Of a stretch of 64,000 nucleotides of DNA, positions 24,777 to 36,100 are shown piece after piece; positions within the stretch are counted from its first letter, which is position 1, and each line of letters begins with the position of its first letter. Below the pieces are notes generated by a model. It was not told where the DNA came from and made no database searches. It saw nothing but the letters and a program-made list of their open reading frames with translations. A program made the position numbers and the translations under genes. Origin of the DNA: Dimorphilus gyrociliatus (Eukaryota; Animalia; Annelida); assembly GCA_904063045.1 (NCBI GenBank), contig CAJFCJ010000015.1:372001-436000 (forward strand). The letters are read 5' to 3'.

Positions 24777-25853
24777 ATGTTTTCAGCATACTGTCTTTAT
24801 ATTTATCTCTTGCTATTAATTTGCGTTTGCAATATTTTCAATTATATTACCACTGATGAATGTCAAGTGAGCAAGAAAATTATCTATTCTAAACCTTCAA
24901 TTTCGAAGAAAATTTGTCATGAACAGTATAAATGTTGGGATCCACAAATAGGATGCTATTACAATAAAAATCCCACTCCTGGCTTTAGAGCTGAAGTTGG
25001 CGTTTGTCTTCATAATGTTGAAATAATTAATGTTAAAAATGACACTACGTTGTCAGATTGTAGCAGAGAATGCTTGAAATATAATAATTGTGTTTCTGTT
25101 TCATATTCTATAAAAATGAAGAAATGTAGTTTGCAAATGGGTGTGTGCAAAGATCTAAATCTTTTAATCACAGATAATATTGAACTTATTAAGATGGCAT
25201 CAAGACAAACCACATGTTTTGATCGCGATTGCCCTGAAAATGACATAACTCAAAATAAAAACAATTTCTCTCAATGTATTTCAGATTGTATGAAAACTGA
25301 AGAATGTATTGGTCTGTCATTTTTATGGTTCAATCAGGAGATTAGTTGTTTCGAAAAACGTGAAATATGTAATGTGTTTGATAAAATTGCACTAGGTTCA
25401 CCTGGAGTTCATTTCTGTATCGCTTCACCACTTACTCCGGATTTGAACGATATAAGGCAAGGTTTATTAAAAAATATTACTGATAAAAGTTCCAAGACAT
25501 GTATAAAAGTTACTATAAATAAGATATTCAATTTGAGAATTTCTTGGCCTTCTATAGGAAATCACAGTATGGATTTTAAATTAATCATTGAAGGTAATAA
25601 CTTAAAGAAATGCCTACAGTCTCAATTGGGTTTAGAGCATTTCGGAGTTATAGTTTACGTTCGTGAAGAGTTTGTTGGTGAACCTTCCTTTAAAGGTTAT
25701 TTTAAAAGTTGCGACCTAATCAAAGGGAATCATGATACTCTTTGCGAATATTTTTGTTCATGCGGAGAAGAGTTTTGTCAAGCAGTCTTTATCAAAGCTT
25801 TTGGATTAAATGAAGATAATATGGAACTATGTTCGTATAAAATAGAACAATAA
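24777..25853 (+). CDS. Secreted Cys-rich protein with two PAN/Apple-like modules and an unassigned Cys-rich C-terminal domain, 358 aa, single coding exon
   Basis: Uninterrupted 1077-nt ORF in AT-rich DNA, with a hydrophobic N-terminal signal-like segment. Two segments have PAN/Apple Cys spacing: TTLSDCSRECLKYNNCVSVSYSIKMKKCSL and NNFSQCISDCMKTEECIGLSFLWFNQEISCF. Confidence 0.8.
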   Translation: MFSAYCLYIYLLLLICVCNIFNYITTDECQVSKKIIYSKPSISKKICHEQYKCWDPQIGCYYNKNPTPGFRAEVGVCLHNVEIINVKNDTTLSDCSRECLKYNNCVSVSYSIKMKKCSLQMGVCKDLNLLITDNIELIKMASRQTTCFDRDCPENDITQNKNNFSQCISDCMKTEECIGLSFLWFNQEISCFEKREICNVFDKIALGSPGVHFCIASPLTPDLNDIRQGLLKNITDKSSKTCIKVTINKIFNLRISWPSIGNHSMDFKLIIEGNNLKKCLQSQLGLEHFGVIVYVREEFVGEPSFKGYFKSCDLIKGNHDTLCEYFCSCGEEFCQAVFIKAFGLNEDNMELCSYKIEQ

Positions 25854-28074
25854 CGATATTGAACATTAATAACTTCATACTTAGAGTTATATTAATACAA
25901 ACAACTTTTGAAAATTGACATACGTAAATTTACATTACATTATATAATACCAATAATCTATATATATACAGTATATTAGTAATTGCGTTAGATAGTCTTT
26001 TCTTGTTCAATAGATGGAGCCAGTATCTGAATTACCAGTAAATTAATACGAAAAGTTGGTAAAATGCTAATTTAATCTAAATGCTAACGTCTTTAATGGA
26101 AAATTTAAATTAAGAAAGAGTTTGGTCTGACAGAATATTACTTTATTTGAATGTTACAAGATGGTTGACTACCTGACCAGAATTTTACGTGCGGTATGGT
26201 CTCTAAATTTGTTCTTGTTACTATGGTAACAACTTAGATTTTGACTTAAAGAGTTAGAAAGGGATATTTAAGTGATTTTGATACTAATTAAAATGATTGA
26301 TTAATTTTTTATATAAATATAATTTTTATTTATATAACATATAATTTAATATATATTAAAACTATATACTGTAGTATATATGGTGTTTTTTTACTACAGT
26401 TAAATCTCTCTATTAGAATGGCTTATGAGAAGTAATATAGATTCATATATATATACTGTCTATACTTCTCCTCTTTTCCTTCCCCTCTATCGCGAAAGTA
26501 TTCCTGCTTAGTAATTAATTATAGGCGATAAGTAGCATACTATATCTACTTTACATCTTCAGTGAAAAATATTGATTAGTAATCAAATAATGGAGAATAT
26601 TTCAAATTTCTTTAACATAAAATAATCAAGAATCGATCGAAATTGGTCCCTTTTTCTTTTTGTTCTTTCCTTGAAAATAGTTTAATTCTTGGGTGTGTTT
26701 TTTTTTAGTTTTAGAGCAACGTGCTTTCCCTCACTACTTAAACATAGAATCATAGTTCATAAAACTTAAATTAAAACTGTTACCATAGTTACAGTAGTAT
26801 AGACCGATTTCGTGACATAGAAAATAAATATAAAAATTTCATGGAATAACGATATTTACAGATCTAGATTTAATGGCATTATAAAATAGAAAAGTCTTGT
26901 TATCAAACGTTAAATATAGAATAAAAGAACAAATAATATTTATAGTGTAGGGTAAATTAAATATAACTTTTTAAAATGGCGTTTTACATGAAAACTATAA
27001 CTTATGCATAAAACATAATACTTCTATGCATCTTAGAGTTATGTTGATGCAGTTTATACAGTTTTTGAAAGTGTTTTATATATGTAATTTTTTGTTTTTT
27101 TTTTAAAAAAATGACCAAAAAACCCCCAGAATTTCTTTAGAATAAATTAAGTTTTATTCAACATTTTCAACGTCATTTTTCAATTTTAGTCTACAATGTC
27201 AACTAATACTTTCTTTTGAAGGTTTTACTATATTAGTTAATTTAGTAAAAGAGGTTAATAAGGTCACATTCGAACGTTTTTACGTTAATTAGATGATTGA
27301 CGAGGTGTAATTAAATTACTTCTGTCCCTTCTTTAACGCTTTTAGGTTAATGTTAAATTTACATAAAATATTGAATGTATAGCCGTAAGATGGCGTTAAT
27401 GGAACAGTTTGGTAAAATGGATATTGTACGACCAATAGTTTTTATGAGATGGTAATAAAATGTAATGGAAAAGAGAAAGTTTTTTTGGCTTAAAAATCGA
27501 CAATAAAACCGAAATTTGTTGTATAAAATGTCGATTCAAATTGCTGTTTCAACTAGGAGAATGATTGACTTGGTAAAGTAACATGTACCGTAAATGTCAA
27601 TTTTTAGGATGCGATCTAAAGTCGTCACCATGACAACAACACCATACAGAGATTTCGTAACGTAAAGGGCAAGACACGGAAGAAGTAATAGGATGATGAT
27701 ATTTGTCGATAAAGAGTTTATAGAATACGGAAGAGAAAGGTTTTTGGCGAATAGAGTAAAATATTTCATCGATCTTAGTGTAATGAAGCTTACATTTTAT
27801 TAGGCTCTAAGTTATCAGGTTTTTTTCCGCTCTCTCATTTTATAGGTAAAATATTACGAAGAAAATCGACACTAGACCTTTATATTACAAGAAACCTCTT
27901 AGAAATGCTGCTGAAAGATTCTTGATGGCTTTCTAAGAAAAGATGGTGGTTAAGGAAAGTATCATTTATTTATTCCAATTATGCTTTTATTTGGGTATAA
28001 AAATAAATTTTTGTTTGCATTTTTATCATACAAATTAAATATTTGTTTCTCTTTTTAACAATATTTAAATGATA

Positions 28075-29247
28075 TTATTCAAGTGCTAGATATATATAGT
28101 CCGAAATGGTAGTTGGAATATAGCATAGCGGAATCATTAAATACCTGGCAGTAAAACCAACTGCATAGCGATTTTTAGGCCAAATTGAAAGAATTGCGTG
28201 TTCGTAGGCATCAACAACTTCGTAGATTTTATTAGATGCACTTACCCAGAAATCATCGTATGGTTTCAAAACTAATATGTAAAAACATATAATTTATCAA
28301 TAAATTTATAAAATTGTAAGACTTACATTCTGCAACATAATTCTCTTTCGTTGAGTACTTGTTCTTTGTCCAGTTTGATGCTCTTTCATAACTTTCTGTT
28401 ATTTCCTGTCGAATTACATTTTCATTGTGTAAAGGTGTTAAATATCTTCCTGGCTCAATGGTATGAACAGATACATTCCAACCGTATTTCTTTAATAAAA
28501 ATCTGTTTATTATCTTTTTTCAGTCTATATTCTGAATAAAGAATGAATAAATCTATTTTATAAATTACCCTAAAATACTAGAAAGACCTTCAATACCATT
28601 CTTGGTTATTCCATAAAGTAAATTTGCAACTTGAATTCTTCCAGCCATTGATGCCATATTAATAATTCTACCATTTCCCATATTTAACAAGTCCAGAAAT
28701 TTGAAACAGAGTCCTGCTGGTGCAATTGTATTTATTTTTAACATTTCTAATAAACATTTCATTTTATAAGTTTCAAGAGAACCACTTCCCATTCTACCAA
28801 TTCCAGCATTATTTACCAAGGCATGTAAACCTTTATTACCAACTTTTTTCGCTACCATTTCTTTAAGACTATCAATTTCATCTTCGTTAGCAACATTCAT
28901 AACATACGTTGTTAATTTCTGTGAACAGGAATCAGCTAGATCATTAGCACCCTTCTCCGTAAGGCATGCAGCAATAACGCGCATTCCTTTGCCGTCCAAA
29001 CGCTTAGCAAGAAGATTTCCAAAACCTGTTAAAAATAACAGGTCGAATTATGATTAATTTTTAATAAAATATGATGAAGATACAACAATAACATAACTAA
29101 AAATATATGACACTTACCAGTATCACATCCGGTTATCAAAACATACTTGTCTTTAAAATCACCAATATAAAATGATCTTATAAACCATTCTATATTCCTT
29201 AAAGTAATTACGAAGAGAATACTTCCTATAACAATTGTGAAAAACAT
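28075..29247 (-). CDS. Short-chain dehydrogenase/reductase of the SDR9C retinol/17-beta-HSD6-like group, 4 exons, 319 aa
   Basis: Exons on the minus strand: 29247-29118, 29025-28569, 28502-28327, 28271-28075 (960 nt). N-terminal membrane anchor; Rossmann motif VLITGCDTGFG split by intron 1; LVNNAGI; catalytic S (NMASMAG) and YxxxK (YGITK); VHTIEPG; C-terminal PKNRYAVG. Confidence 0.92.
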
Positions 29248-30144
29248 GATGTTTCCTCTTCAAATGGTTAGCATCGATTTAAACTTTATACAATTCACTT
29301 CCCTCTTTTTATGTGAATTTTATTATAATTAATCAAATTTCCATGCATTCCATATCTATGCATGTGTGCAATTTAAAGTCTATTGTGATATTTGATGTTA
29401 ATTTACTAAATCCTTTGTTTCCATATTATAGATGGCACATGCACACAAATTGATAGTCATCGCCTTTCTGGCTGTTTCCAAGGCAGTGTTTTTTTATGAA
29501 TATAACTTTATTATCGTTTATTGGATATTCAATATTGCTGTTAAATAATAATATATTTCAAATTATGATAAAAATATAAAGTTTCTGGCAATCATTTGTA
29601 AATATAAAGTAAAAAATTTCGTTATTTCTTCTTTTCCTTCTTCTTTTCCTTTTCTCTTTCTCTCTTACGTATCTTCTGTTGTAAAAAAAAAAGGCCATAA
29701 TAAAATTTTCCCTTTTTTTTTTAAATGATAAAGGCTGGATGTTTTTTTTTTTCTATCAACTCTTTTCAAGTCTTTCTTTTTTTTGATAAGACTCACTTCA
29801 TCTTTATCCTTCTTTTCTTTCTTTTCTTTCTTTTCTTTAGTCTCCCTCTTTATATCTTATTACTATTTTCCTCTTAAATTGATTATAATGAATGTTTATC
29901 TTGATTAATTAAACACATCTACATTTTTATTATTCTTGATGCTCCATTAAAACCATTCCATTTGGAATCATATAGTAGACTTCTTTTTTAAAAAAAAAAA
30001 GGTCGAAAGTTGATTTAATTCATTACAAATGTAATTTAAGATAAATTTTATAGATAAGTTTAATTTGGAAAACACGCAATAGATGTCGCTATTATGGGTT
30101 TTGTTACTAAAAGATAAGTGAAAGAAATAGCTTTTTTTTAGGGG

Positions 30145-30167
30145 CACGTGACTATATATCATGTGAC
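30145..30167 (+). promoter_or_regulatory. Tandem CLEAR-like E-box (CACGTGAC) and M-box-like site (TCATGTGAC) directly upstream of the HGSNAT ATG
   Basis: ggCACGTGAC at 30143-30152 and TCATGTGAC at 30159-30167; the predicted ATG is at 30172. The motifs match the TFEB/MITF consensus known for lysosomal genes. Confidence 0.6.
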
Positions 30168-30171
30168 TGTC

Positions 30172-33100
30172 ATGGAGGCGTATAAAACAAGTATTTTCAT
30201 AAACTTTATGGTTTTATTTATGTTTAGTAAGTTTTTATTGAAGGTTAGTAAAAGAAAAAAGTAACTTACTGAGTACTATATTGGAATTTCAGATCATTTT
30301 CAAATGGGCGTCTGTTCTTCATATAATAAATATGAAAATATATTATCGATATATATGCATCCTGAAGATACAATAATCCCAATACTTAAATCTGAAAATA
30401 TGGTTAAAGAAGAACTAAGTAAGAAGTTAGGCATTGATGAAGCTCGCCTTTCTATACAAAATCAAGCAAATTATGACTTAGTAATTCAATATAAAAGTGA
30501 TGAATGCTATCGTGTAAGTTTATCAGCTTGACTACTCTTTGCAATCAATTATTTAGCCCTTAAGGAATGTTGATAGTACTATAATACTCTTTAAATTTTG
30601 GTAAAATAGTGTTCATTTGAAGAAATCGGACTTGTTGCTGGCCAGTCCACATGGTCAACGACTATAGACACTAGATGGCCCGTCAAATTACTTGTACAGT
30701 CAAAGGGCAATGTGAATTGCAGGTAATAATTTGTCACAGGGCATACAAAAAATGACTTTACTAAATGTATTAATGCGATCACAGCGTTGTCGATTATCAC
30801 TTTAAGGAATATGGTGATTATTGGTGGACGTTTACCAAGAATAACTGTGGGGCTATAACTTTAAATAATTCGCCAAAGGATGCTTTCATACGTACGACCA
30901 ACACATATTCTTTATGAAGCAAGACGAAATCCGTTAGATCTATAGGCCTATATATGGTAACGCGCTCTGACAGTAGCTTAATTACAAACACTGTTAGTTA
31001 TGTTCCACTAGCAGAGTGGTGATTTAAGTAGGAAAAGCCGGTACTAGAGCTACGTGTCAATGAGTCACTAAATTAACGCTTCAATTAAAATCTGGTCGAT
31101 AGACGGCAACTAAATTCTTGGTCTAATTTAGGTTCAAATTAATTTTAAATAAGTATTCCATTATCTAGACATTTAGATAAACAAGAAGATATCTAAACTA
31201 TGATAAACATAAAGAAATATATATATATATATACTACTATACTTTATATAAATATTCTATATAATATACTATTATTAAAAGAAAAATAAAGACTGAATGC
31301 AGAAAAGGTCAAAGATGAACCATTTATCTTTAGTTAGTTTATTTCATATAAACCCTTAGAATACTTTGACTTTCTTGGGTTTATTGAAATGTTTAATTCT
31401 TTCTATTTCATTCATTAGACGCAGTAGTAGGTCTAATTCACTTACTAAAACAAATTTCGTGAAAGAAAGGGGAGGGGAAAAAACTAGGAAGATGAAAACA
31501 ACAGATGAGGGGGTGATGAAAAGGGAGAGAGGGGTAAGAAAGTGGAATAATAAAAAAAAAAAAAAACAAAACAAAAGAAAAAAGGCATTGGGGTAGTGTA
31601 AAAAATTTAATAAACAGTAGAATTGAGCTTGTCTCCAGGGGTTCTCTGATATTAACTATCTGACAGATTTTGTCTGTGATTATTACAACACTGGACATTT
31701 AATCATTTTAATACATTCATTCCAGCGATTTACATAACGTTGGGAGTATTAGTCGGAGTTGCCTTAATCTGGATAATCTTGAGATTTATAGTTCGGTTAG
31801 CATCTTGAAATTATTGTGGATTGTATTTTGTTTTTATAATATAATTGCTTCATAATTTATTTTAAGAAATTTACTTAAATATTTTACAAACATCTATTTA
31901 TATAAATAACTTTTCTCTTTCTTTTTAGGAGGGCGTTTTTTCAGTCGTTTCTTGTTCGTCTATCTAGAAATCGAAATGTCGTTATTGGTTCTGTAAGTAG
32001 TTGCTTGAAAAATTGGATTAGTTCTGACTTTTTTCTCCAACATGTTTTTCTTTTTTTTCCCCCTTTTTTCTTTCACTTTCCTAGGAGACATATGAAAATG
32101 CAGATGGACCTGAAGAAGTAGAACAGCCAGTTAGAGAAAGGCTAAAATCATTGGATAGTTTCAGAGGGTAATTGAATTTGTCGTTTCTTCCCCCTTTTAA
32201 AATAACGATAAACCGACAATTTCTTGGCAATTTAGTCCTCCTCCGGGAAAGGTGATTGATATATAAACTAATGGTAACTAACGTTATGTCGGCTACTTTA
32301 AGGACAACTTAAGGTTTTTCCTGTCACGTGATCCTTTTACGGTTAGATGAAAACAGAAAAGTACGACGAGAGTCACCGTCGCTATTGCGTGACAACTTTA
32401 ATCGAAAAGAAAAACCTTGGAGGGAGAATGAAGGGAATAAAGGGAAAATAAAGACGGAAGTGGAATAGGAGTTTTTAAGGTTGAAGAGATTTAAAAAAAA
32501 AAAAGGTGCTACTCACTCTCTTTACTTCTCCCTCCTCTCCTTATTTTTAGTATATAATTTGAGAACATATATTAAATAGTAGCCATACCGAATATTGTTA
32601 TCGTTAAAGAGGCACTCTTTTTTTCTCTCGAAATATACTCCACTTCAATCCAACTCCCATCTTCGACACTTATCCAAATAATTTACTTGATCAAGTCTAT
32701 ATTGAAAAACGGTTTTACGAAATATTTTTTTGCCTTTCTTTATTCTGAAGCTTGAAAGGTAAAACCTTTTAAGAGCATTAAATTTAACCAAATATTCGAT
32801 GCAGTCTTTTTCATTATTAGACGCCTTTCCCGGACTTTTAAGAGAATGAAGAAAAAAATGATGTTTACGAGCTTTCTCTTAAGCGGATTATAGTCTCTTC
32901 TGTTGTTTCTTTCTTTTTTAAAATACTCTCCTATTTTATGTATAAACAGTTTCAGTTTAGTGATAATGGTGGTAGTAAACTACAAAGGAGGCCATTATTG
33001 GTTTTTAAGACATTCGAAATGGGACGGATTAACCGTAGCCGATTTAGTGTTTCCATGGTGAGAATCTTAACGTAGCACTTAATTTTTTTTTTTATCCAGC

Positions 33101-36100
33101 TTCTCATTGGTTATTATGGTATTTGTGAATTATAACGGAGGGAAATTTTGGTTCTTCGATCATTCCATTTGGGACGGTTTAACTGTTGCCGACCTCGTTT
33201 TTCCTTGGTAGAGAAATGCACTTTTTTTTCTTAATTGAAACTCTCAAAGGGCAAGAAAATTGTTATAATTAAGTAGAACTTCGATTAAGGTTAAAACCTC
33301 ATTCTTTAAGTTCATTTCCGGAGATGTTTTGGTATTAGGACAATTAAAGTAAGAAATGAAAAAAAAATCGCAGCCATTATCATATCATTTAACAAAAAAT
33401 GTAAATAATGAAGAGACTGAAAAACAAACCTAATAATCTAGCTTCAAAAAGCAAAATAGACATAAAGGAATCAATGAAAAAGGGATTGAGAGAGCTAAGA
33501 TTAATAAATATTTATATAAAAGTCCAAAAGTGAGAGTTTCAATGACGGAAAATTGTATCAGCAAGCAACATGTACAGCTTCGTTTAGCTATTTTATTTTT
33601 TATAAATAATCACAATATCATTAAGATGGCTTCCCTTTTCCCTTTATTTTTCAAGATTAATAAAAAGCTACTTTTTATTATTTTGTTTGATTTTTGTAAT
33701 ATAAAAATTGCCGTTAATTTTTCAGTTTATTAACTTCATTTTCTTATTGTTTCTCTTTTTTTAAAACACAGGTTTACATTCATAATGGGTACTTCTATAG
33801 CTTTATCTTTTCGAAGCTTATTGAGGAAAGGGATATCGAGGTGGAGATTGATGTGGAAAGTATTTAAGCGCGCCCTTATTTTATTCGCAATAGGATTATG
33901 CCTTGGCACCTCGTCCGGTTAGCCGCTTATAGTATTATAGATAATGTCCAAAAGAAATATATAAGAGGATTTTTTTTATTATACATATTTATATACAAAC
34001 GTATTTATGTGTTTACATTTAGGTCCAATTAACATGAAAAACTTAAGGATTCCTGGGGTTCTACAACGATTAGCTCTATCCTACTTAGGTGTTGCCGCTG
34101 CTCATGTTTTCTGCTCCAAAGCTGAGGACACAAATAGGGTAACTAGAAATACTTTTTATAATAACTTTCATTTTAATATTATTAAATACTTAACGATAAA
34201 ACATCCTATTAAATTTACGTAATCAACTGTCTCTTCTTTTTTTCTTTCCTTTCTCTCTTCTCGTTTATCTTCATTTAGTACACCAACGTTTTGTGTATAT
34301 ATTCTGGTATTTCTATTTTCGAAAGACGAACAATACTATAATAAGTATAAGGAAACGTCTGTTTGCTTCGTTGAAGCTTGTTGTTCTCTTCATCTTTTTC
34401 TCTTTTCCAGTTTATTGTAGTTGAGAAAAAACAACGAGTTTTACTTAGGTATATTTTACATATATTACGCATTATGTGTATATATTAGTTTATGTTTGTA
34501 AAGAGAAAAACTATGCCTAAGCCAAAGCTTAAGTTCATTATTCACTATTGCTTTTATTATAAAATAAGATAAAATCATTTATTCTCTCTTTTCCCTTACA
34601 TATACTAATTGCCCTTTAATAATTACTGCATGTATAATACCTATTAAAGGATTTTCCTTTAATTAAACCCAATTTTAAGAATTTACTATATTAAAAATAT
34701 AATAATAAATTATATTATTACTATAGTCTTTTAGTTTTATTGATTGATTCTTGCTTTTACTGTCATTTTTATTAAAAGAAGTTTATTAAATGTACATATT
34801 AATTACATTTATACTTTTAGATAAATTTCATTTATACGTAATTTAATATATAAAATACAATGGTTTTGTTTAATATCACCTAAAGATTAAAATTATAATA
34901 AGTGAATAATATTTCTTTAAACAAACTGAAAGAGAGAAAGATACGTTCTCAATCTATAAAACGTATAAATATCTATATCTATGCTGTATATATTCAGTAC
35001 ACTCAATGTACAAAGATAGATAGCCCCTATTATAAACATATAGATTGATAGATAGATTTATAAATATTAATAATTTGTATTATATTTAGTTAGAAAAGAA
35101 CAAAGAAAGTATTAATATTGTTGAAAAACCTTGAAAGTAAATAATGTTAAATAATTCATAGCGATAATCATTTTATGAAGTTTATTCTTGTAAGGAAATA
35201 AAAGAAAACCTTTTATACATAAACTTATTGAGAATACATATTATGTACTTTTTATATTTTATACATAATAAGTATTATATACATTTATGAATAACAAACA
35301 TGTTTATTTCATATTTATTAAATTGAGTGTCTAAATTTTCTTTTGTCTATACGTTTTACATTAATTTTCCGTACTCTATTACTATTTATATCTTGTTTCA
35401 GTAGTTCTAGAAAGACAATTTAATAATTGTCAGCTTAAATATCATTTCTAGCTAAACTATTCTAGAATTTAAAACAAAATTTTCTTTTTAATTAGCAAAA
35501 ATCAATCGATAAAATGAAATTAATAAAAGTAGGACAACGAAGTAACCATCTAGTCAATGTAATATTAATGTATATAGTACTTTTCAATGCACACCTACTG
35601 CTGTATAAATGGTTATTTAGTTATGAAATTAGTATACATTTATTTAAATATTCTTTCTAACATGAGAAAATTAAAATATATCTTTAGTTATTATTCTGTA
35701 AACGTAAGGATAGTCCTACTAGACAATCTAATAACGACTGACTCATCAGTCATTTCCCTTCGCCTTTTTTTTTTTATTTTTTTAAACTCGTTTCGTCTGA
35801 TTTCTTATTTATTTCGTACTAATCTTTTTAGTTGTATGTTTCTCAGTTTATTTCATTCTTGTTTAAAAAACGAAAAAGAAAAGTAATTAGTATAAAAAGT
35901 AATTAAAAAGAAACTTTTAATGGTGCGAGACTAGAGTCCCATATAACTAATTAAACTTCCCATATAAGAGTAGACAAGAACATTTCTTTTTCTTATTAGT
36001 CGCTGGCTGATAATGATTTATTTTATATTTTTCTAAGGTCAAATTTATATCATAAATATAGTATGTCCTATATATTCGAGGAGAAATTCTCAACATTTAT

